Shown piece after piece: positions 10,901 to 25,900 of a stretch of 64,000 nucleotides of DNA. The stretch lies in NCBI RefSeq assembly GCF_009914755.1, contig NC_060930.1. The stretch is one strand, 5' to 3'. This DNA is from the human T2T-CHM13v2.0 reference genome, Homo sapiens. Under the pieces are notes generated by a model. It had not been told where the DNA came from and did no database searches. It was given only the letters and a program-made list of their open reading frames with translations. Position numbers and translations under genes: made by a program. How positions within the stretch are numbered: position 1 is the first letter of the stretch; each line of letters starts with the position of its first letter.

Positions 10901-13900
10901 TCAAACACTGCTATGTGATGTTTGCATTCAAGTCACAGAGTGCAACATTCCTCTTGGTAGAGCAGTTGGGAAACACTCCTTTTGTAGAATCTGCAATGGG
11001 ATATTTGGACTTCTTTGAGGCCTTCGTTGGAAACGGGATTTCTTCGTATGAATCTAGACAGAAGAATTCTCAGAAACTTCCTTGTGATGTGTGCATTCAA
11101 CTCAGCGAGTGGCACCTTCCTTTGGATACAGCAGTTTTGAAACACTGTTTTTGTAGTATTTCCAAGCGGATATTTAGAGCGCCTTGAAGCCTATGCTAGA
11201 AATGGAAATATCTCCCCATAAAACCAAGACAGAAGCAATCTCAGAAACTAATGTGTGATGGCTGCATTCCACACACACGGTGGACCATTTCTCTTGATAG
11301 AGCAGTTTTGAAACACTCTTTCTGTAGAATCTGCAAGTGGATAATTGGACCTCCTAGAGGCCTTCGTTGGAAACGGGATTTCTTCATCTAAACCTACAGA
11401 GAAGAATTCTCAGTAACTTCTTCGGATGTGTGCATTCGACGCACAGAATGGAACATTCCCTTTGATAGAGCAGTTTTGAGACACCGTTTTTGTAGAATTC
11501 CCAAGTGGATATTTAGAGCACTTTGAAGTCTCTGCTAGAAAAGGAAACATCTTCATGTAAAAAGTAGATAGAATCGTTCTCAGAAAGTGCTTAGTGACGT
11601 GTGCGTTCAACTCACAGAGTTTAACGTTTCTTTTGATAGAGCGTTTCTGAAACACCCTTCTTGTAGTAGCTGCAAGTGGATATTTGGACCTATTGGAGGC
11701 CTTCTTTGGAAATGGGATTTCTTCATGTAACTCTAGATTGAAGAGTTCTCAGAAACTCCTTTGTGATGTGTGCATTCAATTCAAAGAGTGAAACCTCCCT
11801 TTTCACAGAGCAGTTTTGAAACACTGTTTTTGTAGGATTTCCAAGGGGATATTTATAGCGCATTGAGCCTACGGCGGAAAAAGAAACATCTTCCTATAAA
11901 AACTAGACAGAATACTTCTCAGAATCTGCTTTGCGATGTGTGCGTTCAACTCACAGAGTAAAACTTTTCTTTTGATAGAGCAGTTTTGAAACACTCTTTT
12001 TGTAGTATTTGCATGTGTATATTTAGAGCGCATTGAAGCCCACAGTAGAAAAGGAAATAACTTCACCTAAAACCTAGACAGAAGCAATCTCAGAAACTAC
12101 TTTGTGATGTGTACATTCAACTCACAGAGTGGAACTTTCCTCTTTATAGAGCAGTGTTGAAACACTCTTTTTGTAGAAACTGCAAGTGGATATTTGGACC
12201 TCTTTGAGGCCTTCGTTGGAAACGGGATTTCTTCCTATAACCCTAGACAGAAGAATTTTCAGAAACCTCATTGTGATGTGTGCGTTCATCTCACAGAGTG
12301 GAGTCTTCCGTTTGATAGAGAAGTTTTGAAACCCTGTTCTTGTAGGATTTCCAAGTGGATATTTAGACCACTTTGAAGCCTATGATAGAAAAGGAAACAT
12401 CTTCATGGAAAACATAGATAGAATCATCCTCAGAAACAACTTTGTGATGTGTGCGTTGAACTCACCGTCTTTAACCTTTCTTTTGGTAGAGAAGTTTTGA
12501 AACACTCTCTTTGTAAAGTCTACAAGTGGATATTTTGAGCCCTTGGAGGCATTCTTTGGAAAAGGGAATGTCTTCACATAAAAGGCAGACGGAAGTGTTC
12601 TCAGAAACTGCTTTGTGATGTCTGTGTTCAACTCACAGAGTTTAACATTTCCTTTGATAGAGCGGTTTAGTAACCCTCTCTTTGTAGAATTTGGAAGTGT
12701 ATACTAAGAGCGCTTTGAGGCCTATGGTAGAAAAGGAAATATCTTTCCATAAAAGCTAGACAGAAGCAATCTCAGAAACTCCTTTGCGATGTCTGCATTC
12801 AACTCACCGAGTGGAACATTCCTCTTGAGAGAGCAGTTTGGAAACACTCTTTCTGTAGAATCAGCTTGTTTGTATTTGGACCTCCTTGAGGCCTTCGTTG
12901 GAAACGGGTTTTCATCTTATAAACCCAGACAGAAGAATTCTCAGAGTCTTCTTTGTGATGTGTGCTTTCAACTCACCGAGATAAAGATTTCTCTTGATAG
13001 AGCAATTTGGAAACACTCTTTTTGTAGAATTTGCAAGGGTACATTGAGAGCGCTTTCAGGCCTATGGTAGAAAAGGGAATATCTTTCCATAAAAGGTAGA
13101 CAGAAGCAATCTCAGAAACTACTTTGTGATGTGTGCATTCAACTCACCGAGTGCAACGTTCCTCTTGACCGAGCAGTTTGGAAACATTGTTTCTGTAGAA
13201 TCTGCAAGTGGATATTTGGACCTCTTTGAGGCCTTCGTTGGAAACGGGATTTCTTCCTATAAACCCAGACAGAAGAATTCTCAGAGACTTCTTTGTGATG
13301 TGTGAATTCAACTCACAGTGTGGATCCTTCCTTTTGATAGAGCAGTTTTGAAACCCTGTTTTTGTAGTATTTCCAAGCGGATATTTGGAACGCCTTGAAG
13401 CGTATGGTAGAAAAGGAAATATCTTCCCATAAAACCTAGACAGAACCAATCTCAGAAACGACTTTGTGATGTCTGCATTCAAGTCACAGAGTTGAACATT
13501 TCTCTTGATAGAGCAGTTTTGAAACCCTCTTTCTGAAGGATCTGCAAGTGGATATTTGGAACTCCTTTGGGTCTTCGTTGGAAACGGGATTTCTTCGTAT
13601 AAATCTAGACAGAAGAATTCTCCGAAACTTCTTTGGTTGTGTGCATTCAAGTCACAGAGTGGAACCTTCCTTTGGATAGAGCAGTTTGAAACGCCGTGGT
13701 TGTAGTATTTCCAAGCGGATATTAGAGCGCCTTGAGGCCTATGGTAGAAAAGGAAATATCTTCCCATAAAACCTAGACGGAAGCAATCTCAGAAACTACT
13801 GTGTGATGGCTGCATTCCACACACACGGTGGAACATTTCTCTTGATAGAGCAGTTTTGAAACACTCTTTCTGTAGAATCTGCAAGTGGATAATTGGACCG

Positions 13901-14779
13901 CCTTGAGGCCTTCGTTGGAAACGGGATTTCTTCATGTTACTCTAGATAGAAGAATTCTCAAACACTGCTATGTGATGTTTGCATTCAAGTCACAGAGTGC
14001 AACATTCCTCTTGGTAGAGCAGTTGGGAAACACTCCTTTTGTAGAATCTGCAATGGGATATTTGGACTTCTTTGAGGCCTTCGTTGGAAACGGGATTTCT
14101 TCGTATGAATCTAGACAGAAGAATTCTCAGAAACTTCCTTGTGATGTGTGCATTCAACTCAGCGAGTGGCACCTTCCTTTGGATACAGCAGTTTTGAAAC
14201 ACTGTTTTTGTAGTATTTCCAAGCGGATATTTAGAGCGCCTTGAAGCCTATGCTAGAAATGGAAATATCTCCCCATAAAACCAAGACGGAAGCAATCTCA
14301 GAAACTAATGTGTGATGGCTGCATTCCACACACACGGTGGACCATTTCTCTTGATAGAGCAGTTTTGAAACACTCTTTCTGTAGAATCTGCAAGTGGATA
14401 ATTGGACCTCCTAGAGGCCTTCGTTGGAAACGGGATTTCTTCATCTAAACCTACAGAGAAGAATTCTCAGTAACTTCTTCGGATGTGTGCATTCGACGCA
14501 CAGAATGGAACATTCCCTTTGATAGAGCAGTTTTGAGACACCGTTTTTGTAGAATTCCCAAGTGGATATTTAGAGCACTTTGAAGTCTCTGCTAGAAAAG
14601 GAAACATCTTCATGTAAAAAGTAGATAGAATCGTTCTCAGAAAGTGCTTAGTGTCGTGTGCGTTCAACTCACAGAGTTTAACGTTTCTTTTGATAGAGCG
14701 TTTCTGAAACACCCTTCTTGTAGTAGCTGCAAGTGGATATTTGGACCTATTGGAGGCCTTCTTTGGAAATGGGATTTCT

Positions 14780-17330
14780 TCATGTAACTCTAGATTGAAG
14801 AGTTCTCAGAAACTCCTTTGTGATGTGTGCATTCAATTCAAAGAGTGAAACCTCCCTTTTCACAGAGCAGTTTTGAAACACTGTTTTTGTAGGATTTCCA
14901 AGGGGATATTTATAGCGCATTGAGCCTACGGCGGAAAAAGAAACATCTTCCTATAAAAACTAGACAGAATACTTCTCAGAATCTGCTTTGCGATGTGTGC
15001 GTTCAACTCACAGAGTAAAACTTTTCTTTTGATAGAGCAGTTTTGAAACACTCTTTTTGTAGTATTTGCATGTGTATATTTAGAGCGCATTGAAGCCCAC
15101 AGTAGAAAAGGAAATAACTTCACCTAAAACCTAGACAGAAGCAATCTCAGAAACTACTTTGTGATGTGTACATTCAACTCACAGAGTGGAACTTTCCTCT
15201 TTATAGAGCAGTGTTGAAACACTCTTTTTGTAGAAACTGCAAGTGGATATTTGGACCTCTTTGAGGCCTTCGTTGGAAACGGGATTTCTTCCTATAACCC
15301 TAGACAGAAGAATTTTCAGAAACCTCATTGTGATGTGTGCGTTCATCTCACAGAGTGGAGTCTTCCGTTTGATAGAGAAGTTTTGAAACCCTGTTCTTGT
15401 AGGATTTCCAAGTGGATATTTAGACCACTTTGAAGCCTATGATAGAAAAGGAAACATCTTCATGGAAAACATAGATAGAATCATCCTCAGAAACAACTTT
15501 GTGATGTGTGCGTTGAACTCACCGTCTTTAACCTTTCTTTTGGTAGAGAAGTTTTGAAACACTCTCTTTGTAAAGTCTACAAGTGGATATTTTGAGCCCT
15601 TGGAGGCATTCTTTGGAAAAGGGAATGTCTTCACATAAAAGGCAGACGGAAGTGTTCTCAGAAACTGCTTTGTGATGTCTGTGTTCAACTCACAGAGTTT
15701 AACATTTCCTTTGATAGAGCGGTTTAGTAACCCTCTCTTTGTAGAATTTGGAAGTGTATACTAAGAGCGCTTTGAGGCCTATGGTAGAAAAGGAAATATC
15801 TTTCCATAAAAGCTAGACAGAAGCAATCTCAGAAACTCCTCTGTGATGTCTGCATTCAACTCACCGAGTGGAACATTCCTCTTGATAGAGCAGTTTGGAA
15901 ACACTCTTTCTGTAGAATCAGCTTGTTTGTATTTGGACCTCCTTGAGGCCTTCGTTGGAAACGGGTTTTCATCTTATAAACCCAGACAGAAGAATTCTCA
16001 GAGTCTTCTTTGTGATGTGTGCTTTCAACTCACCGAGATAAAGATTTCTCTTGATAGAGCAATTTGGAAACACTCTTTTTGTAGAATTTGCAAGGGTACA
16101 TTGAGAGCGCTTTCAGGCCTATGGTAGAAAAGGGAATATCTTTCCATAAAAGGTAGACAGAAGCAATCTCAGAAACTACTTTGTGATGTGTGCATTCAAC
16201 TCACCGAGTGCAACGTTCCTCTTGACCGAGCAGTTTGGAAACATTGTTTCTGTAGAATCTGCAAGTGGATATTTGGACCTCTTTGAGGCCTTCGTTGGAA
16301 ACGGGATTTCTTCCTATAAACCCAGACAGAAGAATTCTCAGAGACTTCTTTGTGATGTGTGAATTCAACTCACAGTGTGGATCCTTCCTTTTGATAGAGC
16401 AGTTTTGAAACCCTGTTTTTGTAGTATTTCCAAGCGGATATTTGGAACGCCTTGAAGCGTATGGTAGAAAAGGAAATATCTTCCCATAAAACCTAGACAG
16501 AACCAATCTCAGAAACGACTTTGTGATGTCTGCATTCAAGTCACAGAGTTGAACATTTCTCTTGATAGAGCAGTTTTGAAACCCTCTTTCTGAAGGATCT
16601 GCAAGTGGATATTTGGAACTCCTTTGGGTCTTCGTTGGAAACGGGATTTCTTCGTATAAATCTAGACAGAAGAATTCTCAGAAACTTCCTTGTGATGTGT
16701 GCATTCAACTCAGCGAGTGGCACCTTCCTTTGGATACAGCAGTTTTGAAACACTGTTTTTGTAGTATTTCCAAGCGGATATTTAGAGCGCCTTGAAGCCT
16801 ATGCTAGAAATGGAAATATCTCCCCATAAAACCAAGACGGAAGCAATCTCAGAAACTAATGTGTGATGGCTGCATTCCACACACACGGTGGACCATTTCT
16901 CTTGATAGAGCAGTTTTGAAACACTCTTTCTGTAGAATCTGCAAGTGGATAATTGGACCTCCTAGAGGCCTTCGTTGGAAACGGGATTTCTTCATCTAAA
17001 CCTACAGAGAAGTATTCTCAGTAACTTCTTCGGATGTGTGCATTCGACGCACAGAATGGAACATTCCCTTTGATAGAGCAGTTTTGAGACACCGTTTTTG
17101 TAGAATTCCCAAGTGGATATTTAGAGCACTTTGAAGTCTCTGCTAGAAAAGGAAACATCTTCATGTAAAAAGTAGATAGAATCGTTCTCAGAAAGTGCTT
17201 AGTGTCGTGTGCGTTCAACTCACAGAGTTTAACGTTTCTTTTGATAGAGCGTTTCTGAAACACCCTTCTTGTAGTAGCTGCAAGTGGATATTTGGACCTA
17301 TTGGAGGCCTTCTTTGGAAATGGGATTTCT
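14780..17330. repeat. HOR unit U6, 15-mer variant
   Basis: 2551 bp period, same junction as U1 (at 16679/16680). Confidence 0.95.
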
Positions 17331-20300
17331 TCATGTAACTCTAGATTGAAGAATTCTCAGAAACTCCTTTGTGATGTGTGCATTCAATTCAAAGAGTGAA
17401 ACCTCCCTTTTCACAGAGCAGTTTTGAAACACTGTTTTTGTAGGATTTCCAAGGGGATATTTATAGCGCATTGAGCCTACGGCGGAAAAAGAAACATCTT
17501 CCTATAAAAACTAGACAGAATACTTCTCAGAATCTGCTTTGCGATGTGTGCGTTCAACTCACAGAGTAAAACTTTTCTTTTGATAGAGCAGTTTTGAAAC
17601 ACTCTTTTTGTAGTATTTGCATGTGTATATTTAGAGCGCATTGAAGCCCACAGTAGAAAAGGAAATAACTTCACCTAAAACCTAGACAGAAGCAATCACA
17701 GAAACTACTTTGTGATGTGTACATTCAACTCACAGAGTGGAACTTTCCTCTTTATAGAGCAGTGTTGAAACACTCTTTTTGTAGAAACTGCAAGTGGATA
17801 TTTGGACCTCTTTGAGGCCTTCGTTGGAAACGGGATTTCTTCCTATAACCCTAGACAGAAGAATTTTCAGAAACCTCATTGTGATGTGTGCGTTCATCTC
17901 ACAGAGTGGAGTCTTCCGTTTGATAGAGAAGTTTTGAAACCCTGTTCTTGTAGGATTTCCAAGTGGATATTTAGACCACTTTGAAGCCTATGATAGAAAA
18001 GGAAACATCTTCATGGAAAACATAGATAGAATCATCCTCAGAAACAACTTTGTGATGTGTGCGTTGAACTCACCGTCTTTAACCTTTCTTTTGGTAGAGA
18101 AGTTTTGAAACACTCTCTTTGTAAAGTCTACAAGTGGATATTTTGAGCCCTTGGAGGCATTCTTTGGAAAAGGGAATGTCTTCACATAAAAGGCAGACGG
18201 AAGTGTTCTCAGAAACTGCTTTGTGATGTCTGTGTTCAACTCACAGAGTTTAACATTTCCTTTGATAGAGCGGTTTAGTAACCCTCTCTTTGTAGAATTT
18301 GGAAGTGTATACTAAGAGCGCTTTGAGGCCTATGGTAGAAAAGGAAATATCTTTCCATAAAAGCTAGACAGAAGCAATCTCAGAAACTCCTCTGTGATGT
18401 CTGCATTCAACTCACCGAGTGGAACATTCCTCTTGAGAGAGCAGTTTGGAAACACTCTTTCTGTAGAATCAGCTTGTTTGTATTTGGACCTCCTTGAGGC
18501 CTTCGTTGGAAACGGGTTTTCATCTTATAAACCCAGACAGAAGAATTCTCAGAGTCTTCTTTGTGATGTGTGCTTTCAACTCACCGAGATAAAGATTTCT
18601 CTTGATAGAGCAATTTGGAAACACTCTTTTTGTAGAATTTGCAAGGGTACATTGAGAGCGCTTTCAGGCCTATGGTAGAAAAGGGAATATCTTTCCATAA
18701 AAGGTAGACAGAAGCAATCTCAGAAACTACTTTGTGATGTGTGCATTCAACTCACCGAGTGCAACGTTCCTCTTGACCGAGCAGTTTGGAAACATTGTTT
18801 CTGTAGAATCTGCAAGTGGATATTTGGACCTCTTTGAGGCCTTCGTTGGAAACGGGATTTCTTCCTATAAACCCAGACAGAAGAATTCTCAGAGACTTCT
18901 TTGTGATGTGTGAATTCAACTCACAGTGTGGATCCTTCCTTTTGATAGAGCAGTTTTGAAACCCTGTTTTTGTAGTATTTCCAAGCGGATATTTGGAACG
19001 CCTTGAAGCGTATGGTAGAAAAGGAAATATCTTCCCATAAAACCTAGACAGAACCAATCTCAGAAACGACTTTGTGATGTCTGCATTCAAGTCACAGAGT
19101 TGAACATTTCTCTTGATAGAGCAGTTTTGAAACCCTCTTTCTGAAGGATCTGCAAGTGGATATTTGGAACTCCTTTGGGTCTTCGTTGGAAACAGGATTT
19201 CTTCGTATAAATCTAGACAGAAGAATTCTCCGAAACTTCTTTGGTTGTGTGCATTCAAGTCACAGAGTGGAACCTTCCTTTGGATAGAGCAGTTTGAAAC
19301 GCCGTGGTTGTAGTATTTCCAAGCGGATATTAGAGCGCCTTGAGGCCTATGGTAGAAAAGGAAATATCTTCCCATAAAACCTAGACGGAAGCAATCTCAG
19401 AAACTACTGTGTGATGGCTGCATTCCACACACACGGTGGAACATTTCTCTTGATAGAGCAGTTTTGAAACACTCTTTCTGTAGAATCTGCAAGTGGATAA
19501 TTGGACCGCCTTGAGGCCTTCGTTGGAAACGGGATTTCTTCATGTTACTCTAGATAGAAGAATTCTCAAACACTGCTATGTGATGTTTGCATTCAAGTCA
19601 CAGAGTGCAACATTCCTCTTGGTAGAGCAGTTGGGAAACACTCCTTTTGTAGAATCTGCAATGGGATATTTGGACTTCTTTGAGGCCTTCGTTGGAAACG
19701 GGATTTCTTCGTATGAATCTAGACAGAAGAATTCTCAGAAACTTCCTTGTGATGTGTGCATTCAACTCAGCGAGTGGCACCTTCCTTTGGATACAGCAGT
19801 TTTGAAACACTGTTTTTGTAGTATTTCCAAGCGGATATTTAGAGCGCCTTGAAGCCTATGCTAGAAATGGAAATATCTCCCCATAAAACCAAGACGGAAG
19901 CAATCTCAGAAACTAATGTGTGATGGCTGCATTCCACACACACGGTGGACCATTTCTCTTGATAGAGCAGTTTTGAAACACTCTTTCTGTAGAATCTGCA
20001 AGTGGATAATTGGACCTCCGAGAGGCCTTCGTTGGAAACGGGATTTCTTCATCTAAACCTACAGAGAAGAATTCTCAGTAACTTCTTCGGATGTGTGCAT
20101 TCGACGCACAGAATGGAACATTCCCTTTGATAGAGCAGTTTTGAGACACCGTTTTTGTAGAATTCCCAAGTGGATATTTAGAGCACTTTGAAGTCTCTGC
20201 TAGAAAAGGAAACATCTTCATGTAAAAAGTAGATAGAATCGTTCTCAGAAAGTGCTTAGTGACGTGTGCGTTCAACTCACAGAGTTTAACGTTTCTTTTG

Positions 20301-20387
20301 ATAGAGCGTTTCTGAAACACCCTTCTTGTAGTAGCTGCAAGTGGATATTTGGACCTATTGGAGGCCTTCTTTGGAAATGGGATTTCT
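17331..20387. repeat. HOR unit U7, 18-mer (one CENP-B box mutated)
   Basis: 3057 bp period; the box at 19181 reads CTTCGTTGGAAACAGGA. Confidence 0.95.
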
Positions 20388-22938
20388 TCATGTAACTCTA
20401 GATTGAAGAGTTCTCAGAAACTCCTTTGTGATGTGTGCATTCAATTCAAAGAGTGAAACCTCCCTTTTCACAGAGCAGTTTTGAAACACTGTTTTTGTAG
20501 GATTTCCAAGGGGATATTTATAGCGCATTGAGCCTACGGCGGAAAAAGAAACATCTTCCTATAAAAACTAGACAGAATACTTCTCAGAATCTGCTTTGCG
20601 ATGTGTGCGTTCAACTCACAGAGTAAAACTTTTCTTTTGATAGAGCAGTTTTGAAACACTCTTTTTGTAGTATTTGCATGTGTATATTTAGAGCGCATTG
20701 AAGCCCACAGTAGAAAAGGAAATAACTTCACCTAAAACCTAGACAGAAGCAATCTCAGAAACTACTTTGTGATGTGTACATTCAACTCACAGAGTGGAAC
20801 TTTCCTCTTTATAGAGCAGTGTTGAAACACTCTTTTTGTAGAAACTGCAAGTGGATATTTGGACCTCTTTGAGGCCTTCGTTGGAAACGGGATTTCTTCC
20901 TATAACCCTAGACAGAAGAATTTTCAGAAACCTCATTGTGATGTGTGCGTTCATCTCACAGAGTGGAGTCTTCCGTTTGATAGAGAAGTTTTGAAACCCT
21001 GTTCTTGTAGGATTTCCAAGTGGATATTTAGACCACTTTGAAGCCTATGATAGAAAAGGAAACATCTTCATGGAAAACATAGATAGAATCATCCTCAGAA
21101 ACAACTTTGTGATGTGTGCGTTGAACTCACCGTCTTTAACCTTTCTTTTGGTAGAGAAGTTTTGAAACACTCTCTTTGTAAAGTCTACAAGTGGATATTT
21201 TGAGCCCTTGGAGGCATTCTTTGGAAAAGGGAATGTCTTCACATAAAAGGCAGACGGAAGTGTTCTCAGAAACTGCTTTGTGATGTCTGTGTTCAACTCA
21301 CAGAGTTTAACATTTCCTTTGATAGAGCGGTTTAGTAACCCTCTCTTTGTAGAATTTGGAAGTGTATACTAAGAGCGCTTTGAGGCCTATGGTAGAAAAG
21401 GAAATATCTTTCCATAAAAGCTAGACAGAAGCAATCTCAGAAACTCCTCTGTGATGTCTGCATTCAACTCACCGAGTGGAACATTCCTCTTGATAGAGCA
21501 GTTTGGAAACACTCTTTCTGTAGAATCAGCTTGTTTGTATTTGGACCTCCTTGAGGCCTTCGTTGGAAACGGGTTTTCATCTTATAAACCCAGACAGAAG
21601 AATTCTCAGAGTCTTCTTTGTGATGTGTGCTTTCAACTCACCGAGATAAAGATTTCTCTTGATAGAGCAATTTGGAAACACTCTTTTTGTAGAATTTGCA
21701 AGGGTACATTGAGAGCGCTTTCAGGCCTATGGTAGAAAAGGGAATATCTTTCCATAAAAGGTAGACAGAAGCAATCTCAGAAACTACTTTGTGATGTGTG
21801 CATTCAACTCACCGAGTGCAACGTTCCTCTTGACCGAGCAGTTTGGAAACATTGTTTCTGTAGAATCTGCAAGTGGATATTTGGACCTCTTTGAGGCCTT
21901 CGTTGGAAACGGGATTTCTTCCTATAAACCCAGACAGAAGAATTCTCAGAGACTTCTTTGTGATGTGTGAATTCAACTCACAGTGTGGATCCTTCCTTTT
22001 GATAGAGCAGTTTTGAAACCCTGTTTTTGTAGTATTTCCAAGCGGATATTTGGAACGCCTTGAAGCGTATGGTAGAAAAGGAAATATCTTCCCATAAAAC
22101 CTAGACAGAACCAATCTCAGAAACGACTTTGTGATGTCTGCATTCAAGTCACAGAGTTGAACATTTCTCTTGATAGAGCAGTTTTGAAACCCTCTTTCTG
22201 AAGGATCTGCAAGTGGATATTTGGAACTCCTTTGGGTCTTCGTTGGAAACGGGATTTCTTCGTATAAATCTAGACAGAAGAATTCTCAGAAACTTCCTTG
22301 TGATGTGTGCATTCAACTCAGCGAGTGGCACCTTCCTTTGGATACAGCAGTTTTGAAACACTGTTTTTGTAGTATTTCCAAGCGGATATTTAGAGCGCCT
22401 TGAAGCCTATGCTAGAAATGGAAATATCTCCCCATAAAACCAAGACAGAAGCAATCTCAGAAACTAATGTGTGATGGCTGCATTCCACACACACGGTGGA
22501 CCATTTCTCTTGATAGAGCAGTTTTGAAACACTCTTTCTGTAGAATCTGCAAGTGGATAATTGGACCTCCTAGAGGCCTTCGTTGGAAACGGGATTTCTT
22601 CATCTAAACCTACAGAGAAGTATTCTCAGTAACTTCTTCGGATGTGTGCATTCGACGCACAGAATGGAACATTCCCTTTGATAGAGCAGTTTTGAGACAC
22701 CGTTTTTGTAGAATTCCCAAGTGGATATTTAGAGCACTTTGAAGTCTCTGCTAGAAAAGGAAACATCTTCATGTAAAAAGTAGATAGAATCGTTCTCAGA
22801 AAGTGCTTAGTGTCGTGTGCGTTCAACTCACAGAGTTTAACGTTTCTTTTGATAGAGCGTTTCTGAAACACCCTTCTTGTAGTAGCTGCAAGTGGATATT
22901 TGGACCTATTGGAGGCCTTCTTTGGAAATGGGATTTCT
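20388..22938. repeat. HOR unit U8, 15-mer variant
   Basis: 2551 bp period, same junction (at 22287/22288). Confidence 0.95.
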
Positions 22939-25900
22939 TCATGTAACTCTAGATTGAAGAATTCTCAGAAACTCCTTTGTGATGTGTGCATTCAATTCAA
23001 AGAGTGAAACCTCCCTTTTCACAGAGCAGTTTTGAAACACTGTTTTTGTAGGATTTCCAAGGGGATATTTATAGCGCATTGAGCCTACGGCGGAAAAAGA
23101 AACATCTTCCTATAAAAACTAGACAGAATACTTCTCAGAATCTGCTTTGCGATGTGTGCGTTCAACTCACAGAGTAAAACTTTTCTTTTGATAGAGCAGT
23201 TTTGAAACACTCTTTTTGTAGTATTTGCATGTGTATATTTAGAGCGCATTGAAGCCCACAGTAGAAAAGGAAATAACTTCACCTAAAACCTAGACAGAAG
23301 CAATCACAGAAACTACTTTGTGATGTGTACATTCAACTCACAGAGTGGAACTTTCCTCTTTATAGAGCAGTGTTGAAACACTCTTTTTGTAGAAACTGCA
23401 AGTGGATATTTGGACCTCTTTGAGGCCTTCGTTGGAAACGGGATTTCTTCCTATAACCCTAGACAGAAGAATTTTCAGAAACCTCATTGTGATGTGTGCG
23501 TTCATCTCACAGAGTGGAGTCTTCCGTTTGATAGAGAAGTTTTGAAACCCTGTTCTTGTAGGATTTCCAAGTGGATATTTAGACCACTTTGAAGCCTATG
23601 ATAGAAAAGGAAACATCTTCATGGAAAACATAGATAGAATCATCCTCAGAAACAACTTTGTGATGTGTGCGTTGAACTCACCGTCTTTAACCTTTCTTTT
23701 GGTAGAGAAGTTTTGAAACACTCTCTTTGTAAAGTCTACAAGTGGATATTTTGAGCCCTTGGAGGCATTCTTTGGAAAAGGGAATGTCTTCACATAAAAG
23801 GCAGACGGAAGTGTTCTCAGAAACTGCTTTGTGATGTCTGTGTTCAACTCACAGAGTTTAACATTTCCTTTGATAGAGCGGTTTAGTAACCCTCTCTTTG
23901 TAGAATTTGGAAGTGTATACTAAGAGCGCTTTGAGGCCTATGGTAGAAAAGGAAATATCTTTCCATAAAAGCTAGACAGAAGCAATCTCAGAAACTCCTC
24001 TGTGATGTCTGCATTCAACTCACCGAGTGGAACATTCCTCTTGATAGAGCAGTTTGGAAACACTCTTTCTGTAGAATCAGCTTGTTTGTATTTGGACCTC
24101 CTTGAGGCCTTCGTTGGAAACGGGTTTTCATCTTATAAACCCAGACAGAAGAATTCTCAGAGTCTTCTTTGTGATGTGTGCTTTCAACTCACCGAGATAA
24201 AGATTTCTCTTGATAGAGCAATTTGGAAACACTCTTTTTGTAGAATTTGCAAGGGTACATTGAGAGCGCTTTCAGGCCTATGGTAGAAAAGGGAATATCT
24301 TTCCATAAAAGGTAGACAGAAGCAATCTCAGAAACTACTTTGTGATGTGTGCATTCAACTCACCGAGTGCAACGTTCCTCTTGACCGAGCAGTTTGGAAA
24401 CATTGTTTCTGTAGAATCTGCAAGTGGATATTTGGACCTCTTTGAGGCCTTCGTTGGAAACGGGATTTCTTCCTATAAACCCAGACAGAAGAATTCTCAG
24501 AGACTTCTTTGTGATGTGTGAATTCAACTCACAGTGTGGATCCTTCCTTTTGATAGAGCAGTTTTGAAACCCTGTTTTTGTAGTATTTCCAAGCGGATAT
24601 TTGGAACGCCTTGAAGCGTATGGTAGAAAAGGAAATATCTTCCCATAAAACCTAGACAGAACCAATCTCAGAAACGACTTTGTGATGTCTGCATTCAAGT
24701 CACAGAGTTGAACATTTCTCTTGATAGAGCAGTTTTGAAACCCTCTTTCTGAAGGATCTGCAAGTGGATATTTGGAACTCCTTTGGGTCTTCGTTGGAAA
24801 CGGGATTTCTTCGTATAAATCTAGACAGAAGAATTCTCCGAAACTTCTTTGGTTGTGTGCATTCAAGTCACAGAGTGGAACCTTCCTTTGGATAGAGCAG
24901 TTTGAAACGCCGTGGTTGTAGTATTTCCAAGCGGATATTAGAGCGCCTTGAGGCCTATGGTAGAAAAGGAAATATCTTCCCATAAAACCTAGACGGAAGC
25001 AATCTCAGAAACTACTGTGTGATGGCTGCATTCCACACACACGGTGGAACATTTCTCTTGATAGAGCAGTTTTGAAACACTCTTTCTGTAGAATCTGCAA
25101 GTGGATAATTGGACCGCCTTGAGGCCTTCGTTGGAAACGGGATTTCTTCATGTTACTCTAGATAGAAGAATTCTCAAACACTGCTATGTGATGTTTGCAT
25201 TCAAGTCACAGAGTGCAACATTCCTCTTGGTAGAGCAGTTGGGAAACACTCCTTTTGTAGAATCTGCAATGGGATATTTGGACTTCTTTGAGGCCTTCGT
25301 TGGAAACGGGATTTCTTCGTATGAATCTAGACAGAAGAATTCTCAGAAACTTCCTTGTGATGTGTGCATTCAACTCAGCGAGTGGCACCTTCCTTTGGAT
25401 ACAGCAGTTTTGAAACACTGTTTTTGTAGTATTTCCAAGCGGATATTTAGAGCGCCTTGAAGCCTATGCTAGAAATGGAAATATCTCCCCATAAAACCAA
25501 GACGGAAGCAATCTCAGAAACTAATGTGTGATGGCTGCATTCCACACACACGGTGGACCATTTCTCTTGATAGAGCAGTTTTGAAACACTCTTTCTGTAG
25601 AATCTGCAAGTGGATAATTGGACCTCCTAGAGGCCTTCGTTGGAAACGGGATTTCTTCATCTAAACCTACAGAGAAGAATTCTCAGTAACTTCTTCGGAT
25701 GTGTGCATTCGACGCACAGAATGGAACATTCCCTTTGATAGAGCAGTTTTGAGACACCGTTTTTGTAGAATTCCCAAGTGGATATTTAGAGCACTTTGAA
25801 GTCTCTGCTAGAAAAGGAAACATCTTCATGTAAAAAGTAGATAGAATCGTTCTCAGAAAGTGCTTAGTGACGTGTGCGTTCAACTCACAGAGTTTAACGT

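Larger units (their letters stand above)
2552..14779. repeat. HOR units U2-U5, four canonical 18-mers (3057 bp each)
   Basis: Unit starts at 2552, 5609, 8666 and 11723. Each contains the trimer beginning cgaaacttctttggttgtg. Confidence 0.95.
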
